Source: Vicugna vicugna (taxonomy: Eukaryota). From it: a stretch of DNA of 64,000 nt. The translations under genes were made by a program, and so were the position numbers. This document shows positions 19,067-31,000 of this stretch, piece by piece. The notes below the pieces were generated by a model. That model did not search any database and was not told the origin of the DNA. It was given only the letters and a program-made list of their open reading frames with translations. Each line of letters opens with the position of its first letter. The first letter of the stretch is position 1. Location of the stretch: NCBI GenBank assembly GCA_013265495.1, contig MU063790.1, positions 4,402,001 through 4,466,000 on the forward strand, read 5' to 3'.

Positions 19067-22000
19067 GTACTACTAGTGTTGGGGGCACGCCCACTGTATG
19101 GCGGGGAAAAGTGGGCAGGGGCTCGCTGGAGGCTTCTCTTTTCAGCTTCCCTGTTCTGTGTACTGAAAATCTGGACCAAAACATTTAAAAATAATTTTTA
19201 AGAGGAGGTGGAAAATACATGCACATAATTCCAGCTCTGTCTCCCTCTGGTTCTCCCTCCTCCGTTGCCCCAGTTCTTGGTAGCAAATAAGATCACCATC
19301 ATTGTCATTGGAATAGTCAGAACTTTTTTGAAAGGAGGCTAGGTATAAATAACAATAATGTCTGAGGTAGATGTGGCAGTTAGTCAGATGTTGATGGAAT
19401 CCAGGTGGTTTGATGGAAAGCCTGCTGAGGGTGAGAGCTTTCCCAAATCTATCAGCTTTAAGCGAACAGAAATGTTTTACTTGAGGAGGGAAAAAAAAAA
19501 AACCCTGTCTGCTCAGATTTGGTAGTCCTTGGCTAAATAATTAGTGGCGTTCAATAATTTTTTATCAAGGTGCAATATACATACAGCAAAATGTATGCTA
19601 AAGTATTTAAAGATTTTTATGTTGTATTATGTTTTTCCTAAAATAATGGAGGGCAAGGGCGAGGCCATATTTTGGGGCCATCAGGCAGTGGGATGGATCA
19701 AATATACTTTCCAAGTCCCTTCCCATCCTGGAATTCTGGGAGGTCCTGCGGCCAAATTTTGGAGATTAAACTTTTGCTTTATTTGCAAATTTGGTGATGG
19801 GGCTGTTTATGTATAAGCAAGATGGATTACAAGTGGTATTAAAAAAAATTAAACAAAAATAACCCCACTTCATAGGTGCTTAAAGGATAGCAAGTGGAAT
19901 ACTTGGGGAAATAGTCATTTTTCATCCTCTCAATTGAATAATTGTATGGATATGAGCCACAGAGACTTTGTTCCTGAGCCTATTGCTCTGTCTTTTCATG
20001 TCTGTCATTCACTGAGCATTGCTCCAGGCACTGCCCTGGGCTCTTTCACACTTGGGCAGACTAGGATGTTGGCTGTTGCTCACATGCTGCCTGCTTTTTG
20101 TCCCCTGACAGACAGGGTGACAGCTGGGCTTCTCAGCAAAAGGTCATAATACGTGTGATGCAATGGCAGGTTAAAAGACTAGCCCTGTGAGTGCCCATCA
20201 CCCCGTTTCCATCCCCCTGCTGGGCACACCATGAGTGTTTGGTGCTCGTGTAAAGGGAGCCAAGTAATTCCAGACTGGTTCTCCTAGCTGTGGATGTGTT
20301 AACCGCCATATGTAGTATATAACTTTGGGAGATCTAAGAAATAGAAGAGCCCTAGTTTTCTGCTTATAATCTGGTTCTTGTGCCTGGGTTCAGGTTTCCA
20401 TCGTGTGGGAAGAACGGAGTAACGAGTCTCACGCAGAAAAAGGTCTTGAGGACACCTTGTGGCGCACCCAGTGTGACTGTGACGGTAGGTGAGGTGCGCC
20501 TGGAGCAGCCCTCCAGTCTGCGGCCCTGCCAAAAACCACTTCCGCGGGTCTTGACGCTTTGTTAGATGCCTTCATGCATAGCCTGCTGATTGATTAGATT
20601 TTGGTTTTGCCTGTGGTCAGGCTGCCAGGTGTGAGGAGGTTGTCTTACCCTAATTCTTCCAGACAAATTTCAAAAATCTCAAAATAGACTATCAAAAAAA
20701 AAAAGTAAAGAAATGAGGGGAGATTGCTAGCTGGTGGTGGTGGGTGAGGGGGTCTGTGTTCTGCCCTGCTTATGTTGTCTTCAGAGTACACAACCTTCTC
20801 ATCTCGGCATTTCCTCCAGCTTTCTGTCTTCATCGTCTTCATCGTCTTTTACCTGCCTGTTGCTCAATTTCTTTTGCACCCTAACTGTTTTATGTGTTTC
20901 CCATGCTAATCTGCACGCCAGTTCAGATTCCAGTGTAGGAGTCACCTGTTTCCCTGCTGTGCTGTGCTAAATCTCAGGAGGCTTGGGAGGAGACTCAGCT
21001 CTGAACACCCAGGCGCCTGGGTTTGGGCTCCTTGGTAGAACTTGCGAGTCTTGCAGTCCCTTCTCTTGAGCAGACCAGCACCTCCCTGGTGGTCTTCAGC
21101 TGGGATCTCTGCACAAGCCTGCTGAGTGGCTCCCGCCTTGCTTCCTGCCTGCATGCCAGTAGTCCTGGTCGCTGTCCTGCTCGCTTGGTGGCTAGGCTTT
21201 CAGTGGCCCCCAGAGGCTGTGAGCTGTTTTTCATGCCCAGTTTACTCATCCACAGATCAACCTTTTTTGTGTTGTCCTCCCACNNNNNNNNNNNNNNNNN
21301 NNNNNNNNNNNNNNNNNNNNNNNNNNNNNNNNNNNNNNNNNNNNNNNNNNNNNNNNNNNNNNNNNNNNNNNNNNNNNNNNNNNNNNNNNNNNNNNNNNNN
21401 NNNNNNNNNNNNNNNGCATGCCAGGGGCGTGAGGTGGAGGCTGTGGAGCAGGGTGATAGCTCCCAGCTTAGCCTCCCTGCGCCTCTAACTCCAGAGGTTT
21501 GCAAGACAAATGCTCGCTCTCTGAGGTCAGTCACCTGGTTGGAAGGTAGGCAGGACTGTCATCCAGAAATGGCAGCAGTAGCCTTAGTCAGAAGAGGCTC
21601 CCCTGCAGAGTTGGAAGCGGATGCCACCAGAGTGATGCCACGGCCAACTATGTGGGGAAGTGACTCTGGGTTTGTCCCTTTCCACAGAAATCTCATAAGC
21701 GCGGAATGAAAGGGGACACCGTGAATGTGCGGCGGAGTGTCCGGGTGAAAACCAAGGTACCTTGGATGCCCCCTGGAAAATCATCCACCCGGCATGTGGG
21801 ATGCAAGTGGGAGGTAGGCTCATTCTTGTTCAGGCTTTTCTTCTCGGATTGGTCAGGTTCTAGCAAGCCTTACACTCGGTATGGTTCAGGGTCGGCCGTA
21901 GCTCTCAGAGACATCCCAGCGGGTCCCGCTTACTGAGCGCCTTGCTAAACCCTGAAAGTACGGGAATCTTCTCGAGTCCTTCCAACACTGCGATGTGGTA

Positions 22001-25000
22001 GGTCCCAGTGTGCAGATGAGGAAACCAAGGCTCAGAGAGGTTAAGTCTCACAGAGAGAGTCACAGAGCTGGAGTTAGGACTCAGGGGTGTCTCATTTCAG
22101 AGGCTGTTCTCGTAGCTTCTCTGATTTGTACGTGAGGAGCTACATGTCTTGCCCCATGTAACCAAGATGTCTGAGGCATAATCTAAAAATACATACCAGA
22201 ACGTACATATCCAAGAAAGCATCTCCTCTTTTGTGGTCGCCCATAAGAGACCATGTGCAAACTCCATAGATACCATCAAAACTACTGGCACAACCTCCTG
22301 AGGAATAATTGCCTTCAGTATTAGTTGTCAAGGTGCCAAGGGAACTGTTGTCTTTTTTTAGCCATACCTCAATAAGTTTTGCTTGTCCATCCATCCATCT
22401 GTGCAGTAATTTCTTACAAAAAATCTGTGCATTTCTTGAGACACTGCTGGGCTTCGGAGTTATAGCTGCAAACTGGCAGACATTCCCTCCTTATGCTTAC
22501 ATTCTAGTCAATTGCAGTGAAAAAAAAACCCAATGATAAGACAAGGCCTTTTGGCTGTGTTTTAGACAAAGATTTCATTGTTAGAACCACTGAAGGGCTT
22601 GAGACTACTGTCGGCCCTCCAAATCTGCAGGTTCCACATCTGCAGGCNNNNNNNNNNNNNNNNNNNNNNNNNNNNNNNNNNNNNNNNNNNNNNNNNNNNN
22701 NNNNNNNNNNNNNNNNNNNNNNNNNNNNNNNNNNNNNNNNNNNNNNNNNNNNNNNNNNNNNNNNNNNNNNNNNNNNNNATGTAGACATAATTTAAAGTAT
22801 ACAGGAGGATGTGCATAGATTATGTGTGAAAACACTACACCGTTTTGTATAAGGGCTTTGAGCATCCTCGGATTTTGGTATCTGTGAGGATCCTGGAACC
22901 AATCCTCGTGGATACCGAGGGACAGCTGTACCTTAAGATGTTGATGCCTGATCTATTTTGAAAGGTTCATTATTTTTCTGATAGCTTATTACTTTTAAAA
23001 TTAGAAATAACAGTAATTACTCTGAAGTTTATAGTCATACTCCATGCTCTTGACCCAAGACCCTGATGTACCATTTTATCCCTAAGAGACAAAGGAAGTA
23101 TGGGTATTCTAGGGAAATGGAAAGTGTCTGCATATCTCTCTATATTAAAGTACAAGGAAGGTTGGAATTAAAATGCTTTCTTAAATTTTTTACTATGTGT
23201 ACCTCACTAATAATCAGTGAAATGTAAATTATAAACAACTGTATTTTAGAAGAAAACAACAAACTATCATTTTTATTGAATGGAAAAAAAGTTGAAAAGG
23301 TTACCAGTATCTCGTGTTGACAAGTGTATGGCATATGAATGAATCTCTTTAGATGGTTTTGAGAGGACGTGAAACCGACCCAGTGTTTCTGGAGGCAGTT
23401 TGGTGGCGCCTACTTAAACATGGATTCTCTAGTCTTACACTTGGAAACTGATCCTAAAAAATTCACTGGAAAATAGAGGGATCTGGGTATAAGAATGTTT
23501 GCTAAAGCACTGTTTGCAATAGAGAAAAATTAAAAGCAACCTAAATGTTTGTCAGGAGGATATTGGTTAAATCATGACACATCCATACAATGGAATATCA
23601 TGCAACCACTACAAGATCGAGCTAGATAGTTCTACGTGATAACGAAGCACAGAGAGGCGCAGCACGGAGAGTTTGGTTCTATTTGCACAGAAAATGGTGT
23701 CTGTGTGTCCATGTGCATATGGATATGTTTGTATGTGCAAACATTTTCTGGGATGATCTACAAGAAGTGGTAACCAGTGATTATCTCTGTTTGTGGGAGG
23801 CTTTAATGCTTCATGTTTTTATGGTCTGCTTGAATTTCTTTTTTTTTAATTTTTAAAAAAATTTTTTGGTATATATATATTTATTGACGTATAGACAGTT
23901 CACAGTGTTGTGTCAGTTTCTGGTGTACAGCACAGTGCTTCAGTCATACATGAACATACATGTATTCATTTTCATATTCTTTTTCACCATAAGTTACTAC
24001 AGGATATTGAATATAGTTCCCTGTGCTGCTTGAATTTCTTTATAACAAATTTGCTATATTTTATCACTTAAAATGCTTTTTTAAAAAGGAAAAGACTTGG
24101 TAGTTTTCAAAAGGTACATATAAGTTATGGTGCTATGAAAATGGACTTCCTGTTGACATGGGTCGCTTGGAGCTGTGGTGGTTCCCTCTGGAAAGCTCAA
24201 TGCCCCTTCCAGTCCTGAGGCCACAGAACCCTATAAATGGAGGGGCCCAGAGATGTGACTTGCCGGCTGTCAAGCAGTAGCTGTCTTTCATGCTGTCCTC
24301 TGTGGCCAGTCCCTTTCCACTTTTCAGTGGCTCTCCCTGTTCCCGGGAAGCCCCAGCCTGGCCCTTCCCTTAAGGGCGAGAGAGAAAAAATCGGAGGAGG
24401 AGGAAGTTTGTAGTGGAGCTGGACATGGGCCCTAGAAGTTGCGAGGTGCACGTAGGGACTCTTGTCGATTTTTAAAACCCCTTTTGGTACATAAGCTGAT
24501 CTCTGGGAGAAAGCAGGTCTGGGTTTTTCCTCCCCCCCTATTAATAAATAAATAATCTCTTTTTATGACAGAAAGTTGAAAGTACAGAAAAATAGACAAT
24601 CACCTGTAATTCTACTCCTCTAATCTGGCTGCTATTAAGTTTTAAAAACATTTTGCTAGAAACTGCAGGATAATACACGCATTGGAAGTGTGTCGCTTGG
24701 TGAAATATTTTTTTTCCTTTTTTTGGTGGGGGGTAATTAGGTTTATTTGTTAATGTTTAGAGGAGGTACTGGGAATTGAACCCAGGACCTCATACATGCT
24801 AAGCATGCGCTCTACCACTTGAGCTATACCCTCCCCCTTGGTGAATTTTTACAAACAGAACATACTTGTGTAACTACCACCCAGCTCCAAACACAACATC
24901 ACCAGCTTCCCCAGAAGCTCCTCTCTGGTTCTGCTCCTGTCACTGCCATCCCTGAGGATAACCCCTTTCCTGAAACTATTAATATTTTGGTACCTTTACT

Positions 25001-28000
25001 GTCACTTTTTCCTATGCAGTTTTTTTTTTAAATTGTGATCATACTGTCTGTATATTTTTCTCTTGTCCTCCTTTTAAACATTAAAAATAACTTTTTTTTT
25101 CTTATAAAAGCAATGCTTAGTCATTGTTGAAAAATTAGAAAGTCTAAACAAGCACAAGGAAGACAGCAAAAAGCACCTGGAATCCCACCACCATGAGAAG
25201 ACTCATGTAACTTCTAGGTGCAAACCTTCCTGATTCTTCCTTGTGAATAGCCTCTTTCTTTTGATTTTTGTTAACAGTTGGATTATATTTACTCACTGTT
25301 GTATAATATTCTTTTTTCCACGTATTTTAACTATACATTGCACATTATTTTTAAGGCATTATTCCATTGTGTGTACATTTGTGTACTGTTAAGTATTTAA
25401 CCAATACTATCTTGTTATATATATTTATCTATATCCTAGCCTTGAATTTAAATATTGATTCATATTCTTAGATATTCTTGATAAATCCCTGGAAATAGAA
25501 TTGCTAGGACAAAGGGCACATACATTTTTTAAATTGCACCCTATGAGTCTTACTTGTTTGAGATAACAGTTCCACCCTCACTGGCCATTTTTCTTTTATT
25601 CCTGATAGCTATCATCTTTCCCTGGAAATTGGCAGAGAAGTTTAGCTACCTCAGCTTAAGAGGAGCAAAGAACTGTGCAAATAATGAGAAATAACAATTA
25701 CTTAATGTACTGGAATAAATTTATAGAGTGAGAATGAAGTTCAGTAGAGCAAAACCCCATGGAAACATTGGCCCCTAGATTAGAGTATCTTTTTGAAGTC
25801 TTAAAAGTAAAGTGTTATAAGGCTTTATATAAATTCTTCTGAGGGGCACGCACATACATTAAATTTTTTTTGTTATGCTTATGTATTTAAGTATATTTCC
25901 CAGACATACCATTCTAACCATAAATTATTCAATATGCATTTGTAATAATGTTTTCTCCATAACCAAAATAACAGTGATTAGTCCTGAAAATTTCATTTTT
26001 TAAACTTCATTTCTTAATATCATATAATATTCAATATTCAGATTTCCCCACTTGTCCTTAAAATACCTTTCAAAGATTTGTGTGCCTTTGTGGCTATCCA
26101 CTATCATGTATTCACGTTCATTTAAAAGACTTTTTTAAAAAGTCTTTATAAGACATATCTTATGTCTACCCTAGGTATATGAAAATATCTATTGCCCCAA
26201 ACTTTTGCCAACTTTGGGAATTACAGTTTTTGCCAATTTGTTATACCCTTCGTTTTAAAGTTGGCGTTGTAACACAGGCTTTTTATTTGTATGTTAGAAT
26301 GTCTTCAAAAACATCGTTTAAACAAGGGATAGGTAATGAGTATTCTTCCTCCTGGGGTCCCTGTGGTTGCCCGTTGGCAGTTTTAGCTCTTCCTGCCTCT
26401 TGTGGACAGCTAGGTGTGGTGGAACCAATGGTTGCAGTTCTGTCTTACGAGATCATATGTCTCTCCCTCCTCTACANNNNNNNNNNNNNNNNNNNNNNNN
26501 NNNNNNNNNNNNNNNNNNNNNNNNNNNNNNNNNNNNNNNNNNNNNNNNNNNNNNNNNNNNNNNNNNNNNNNNNNNNNNNNNNNNNNNNNNNNNNNNNNNN
26601 NNNNNNNNNNNNNNNNNNNNNNNNAATGCGGTTGGTTGTCTCAAGTCTGAGGTGAGGGAGTGGGGGGCTGGGACAGCTAGTGTCCCGAGGACGTGCGGGA
26701 CTCCCCAGGTGGGTTCCTGCTGGACACTTCCTGGCTGCCTCTGCAGGCCTCCCAGGGCTTCAGATGCCTCTGGGGAGGTAGTTGGGGCAATCTGGGGCCC
26801 CTCTCCATCAAGAACTTAGCCCGGTTCTGGCCCTGACCTGTCTGGTGCTCTGTATGGATGCCCTGGTTTGGTTTTTTACAAAAGTAAATGAAGCCAGTGG
26901 TGGTATTGTCTCTGTTTTGGAGATAAAGTGGCTGGGACACTGGGGCTTCTGTCTTCCATTTTCTGCAAAATTTGAAAAAAACCAAAAAAAAAAAACCAAA
27001 ACAAAAAAACAGGAAACAAAACCCCAAAGAGGCGAAGGAAGCTTGTCCTCAGTTGCTGGGCTGTGCCTTTGGATGGGACGTGGCAATCTAACTGGAAACA
27101 ACCTGGAAGCCCAAGGCCCCCAGCTAGGAGGTTGGTGGAGCTGCCATGGAATCCAGGTCTTGGTTGCTAGCATGGCCTGTGTTTTTAATCCATCCCTTCG
27201 CCCGGAGCCCATGGGCCCTCCTGGAGAACCTGGGGCTGACTGCCTGGCAACAGGCCCGCCTTTCTCCACAGCCCAAGGGACAGGGCCTTTCTGTGACCTC
27301 TCCTCCCGTGGTGTGTCAGCTGAACCATGGTTTGTATCCTGGCTCTGTCCTTAACCAGAGAGTCACTCAGGCTCTCTGTGCCCCCATCCCTCAGTAATGA
27401 GGAATTGAGAGGAAGAGTGTCTGCCCAGAGTCTTTGTGATGATAGGGACTGAGATTGCGTCCCAGAGGCCCTCAGTACCACGTAGCGCACAATCAGAGGT
27501 GCCCTCCGCTTGGTCCAAAGCAGCGGGCCTAGAGACGTGGCAGAGAGGAGCCACCTCCCCTCAGTGGCCCCTGCCTGCGTGCCCCTGCACAGGTCAAGAT
27601 GCAGAAGGGAGAGCGCCAGATGGCCAAAAGGTTCCTAGAGGAACGCAAGGAGGAGCTGGAGGAGGTGGCCCAGGAGCTGGCCGAGACGGAGCACGAGAAC
27701 ACGGTGCTGAGGCACAACATCGAGCGCATCAAGGAGGAGAAGGACTTCACCATGTAAGGCGGCCCTGACGGGCGGGCTCCCTCCAATCGGGCTGCCTGAG
27801 CCCTGCGGATGGAAGGCAGGGGAGGTGGCGGCCCAGGCCCTGTTCCCAGGTTGTAGGGCTCAACACAGTCCCTGATACTCTCAGGATTCCCAGTGAAAGA
27901 AGCCTTTCTGGGAAAAACAGCCCAGTGCTGCAGGAGGGTTCGGAGCTTGGCCGTCGGTGCCGGGAAGAAGACGTTCTAGGGGGTGGGAATCTCTCATGGG

Positions 28001-31000
28001 AAGGCCCCTAGGTGGGAGGAGTTTGGGACTGAGAGATGGAAAGCAGGCCAGGGCGAGGAGAGAGGGTGGGCCGAGGGCGAGAGGTGCCACGGAGGTTGGC
28101 AGGAGCTGACTCTTGGTGGCACGTTGAGGGGTTTCCAGTGCAGGGAGTGGGGGGGGGGCTCGAAAATGGTCCTGAAGACGATGGTTAGGCGCCCATGGCA
28201 GTGGCTGGGGACAGAGGTGATGCTAGTTTCTGTCTGAGGGACAGCAGGTGATATAATGTCGCCTGGGGTGGAGGCCCTGATCTGGGGCCCAGGTGGCCTT
28301 CTAGAAGGCTGCTTAGGCCAGAAGGGCCATCCCTGCCCCCTCCCCCACCTTTCCCTGACCAGGAGATAGATAAACCTCGCAGGGCATTGTGAGGCGAGCC
28401 TCGGAGCTCTGGGCGGGCAGAGGCCTGGGAGGGCTCACAGAGCCCTATTCTCTCTGGCCCCAGGCTTCAGAAGAAACACCTCCAGCAGGAGAAGGAGTGC
28501 CTCATGTCCAAGCTGGTGGAGGCTGAAATGGATGGGGCTGCCGCTGCCAAACAAGTCATGGCCCTGAAGGACACCATCGGGAAACTGAAGACAGTAGGTG
28601 GCCAGCAGAAGCACCCAGCGCTGGGGCTGGGCCCAGAGGGGGCAGCTGCAAACTGTGGTGGGGTCTTTACGCAGTCATCATGCTGACTATGACATCTTCA
28701 GGCCAGGGCAGGGCACACTTAACTCCTCAGCCCCCCACTCCCCATTCACTTCCAGGGCCTGACCCTTGAGGATGACCTTTAGTGGCCAGGGCCTCTAAGG
28801 AGACATCATCATGGGTCTCCTGGGGTCACAGTGAGTCGAGGCACGCGTCTGATTCCTGCAAGTGTCAGCCACCAAGTGTCATCGTCCAGGAAGCGTGCCT
28901 CCTCCAGGAAGCCTGCCCTAACTATTCTCACCCACACTGAGCTCTCCAGCCCTTTTCCCACTTGGTGCTTTCAGCAGGCTCAGCTCCTGCCCGTCCTACC
29001 ACGTCTACCCCCTCTAGGAAGCCTGCCTTTGCCCAGCTCTTCTGGCCTGGGCTTCCTGGTACCAGCACCTCTTAAGTTCTCCATGGAGACTCCCTGTGCC
29101 AGCTCGTCCATTCTCCCCCTGTGCCATGTAAGACTGCCTGCTGTCTTCCAGGAGAAACAAATGACCTGCTCGGACATCAACACCCTGACGAGGCAGAAAG
29201 AACTTCTCCTCCAGAAGCTGAGCACATTTGAGGAGACCAACCGCACCCTCCGAGACCTGTTGAGGGAACAGCACTGCAAAGAGGTGAGCTGCGGGCCCGG
29301 CCCCCTGGGCGCCCCTGCGGAGTCCCAGCCCTCTAGCACCGCAGGCCCATCCTCTCTGAGCCTCAGGCTCCTCATCTGTAAAAAGAAAACACGACTGGTA
29401 CCTGACCTGACGTGGCTATAGATTGCCAAAATCATTCACATAAAATGCTGGGAGCTGTCTTCATTGTTGAAGCTGACCTGGTGGCATAGGAAGGACCTCA
29501 GAAGTCAGGAGAAGGGTAGTGAGGAGTCAGGGAGGGGTGCAGCCCATCCCAGGGGTCTTGCGGCAAAGCAAGGAGAGGACTAGGCCTGAGTTTCGGTGCA
29601 GTAAAAAGATGACTAATGGCTAGTGGACACAAACTGTATGGTATCACTTTGTTTCCTTAAAAGATGATCTCTGAAATATATTTTATGTTAGCAAATGATT
29701 CTGAAAAGACTGACAGTATATATAAACGGCTCTCTTCCTGTTAGGTTCAAACCAAGGGGAAACCTAGAGTCTCAAAATGCCCGTACTTATGAAATATTTT
29801 TCTTAGTTTGATTTTTTTTTAAATGTCAATTTGTTTTTATTTTAAAATTAATATTTAAAATTAGTAATAGTGTACCCACTATCCAACTTTCCAAACAAAA
29901 CCTTGCCCACATAGTTAAATCCCTTGTGTCTCCTTTGGTGACAACCTCTCCTGCCTGTCAGAGGGAAACTTTATCTGGAATCTGATCGTTTTTGACTTAC
30001 CTGTGTAACCCTAAACCATGGATAGATTTGTTTAGCATGTTTTCAAACTTTATATAAATGATATTGCTCCATATGTAGTCTTCTGAGTTTGCTTTTTTCA
30101 CTCAATATTTCTATGAGATCCATCCATTTTTATCCTTGAGGCCTAAGATATTTCATTTTCACCGTTATATTCCATTTTATGACAATACCACAACTTCTCT
30201 ACCCACTCCTCTGTTGCTGGAGACAATTTACAGTTGTTGGCTCTTACAAGCAGTATTATTTTGAGCGTTCCTGTGTATTATCCTGGTATACTTCAGAGTT
30301 TCTCGAATATATTCCTATGAACTTTACTACTTATGTTAGTGGATAGAGGGATCCCCAAATTGGAAAACCCACCAAATGAGTGGGCAAGACTCCCTCCTCA
30401 AAACGTGTGGGTCCTTGCTCGAAATTGAGAAAGAATTCGAGAGAGAGGGACAAAGTGGAAAAAAGAATTGCCTTACTGCTCAGAGAAAGAAGGAAAAAGA
30501 AAACACCCCAGAGGGCAGCCATCAGCCAGGTAGCCAGTCGAGACAGCTCCAGCCCCCGATCAGGCCTTGAGGTCTTTTATTGGCAGGCTCTGCCAATGTT
30601 ATCCTCATTCCAGTGGTGCCAGTGTCTTCTACTGTTGGCTCTTTGCTCCCATGGAGCTCAGCCCTAAAACAGAAACTTTGAGGGGAGAAAGAGAACAAAG
30701 AAAAAGAGATCCTTGGAATTAAATGCAGCAGTTTTGGGATATAAATCATCCTGTTGTAGGACTATGTCCTTGTAATTAAGGAGCCGGCTGTGGGATGAGC
30801 AAAATGCCCTGCCTTTCATCAGCCTGGCACTTTCTTCCCCTTGTTGGAAGCCAGTCAGGGTCAGTAAGCCTGTCTGATCACCTCTCTCAGTTCCCCACTG
30901 AGAGACTTCATACTTGAGAATCTTCTTGGGGAAATGGATGGAGGTCTCTATCTTCTGTAGCTTCTTCCTTCTGTACAGGGGTGTAGGCCTGCCTACCAGA

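Noticed and set aside
21023-21709. 228-aa ORF and other ORFs containing runs of X
   Set aside because: Their length depends on N-runs that hide stop codons
25757-25766. CCATGGAAAC half X-box in an ODF2 intron
   Set aside because: Only a half site with no supporting context
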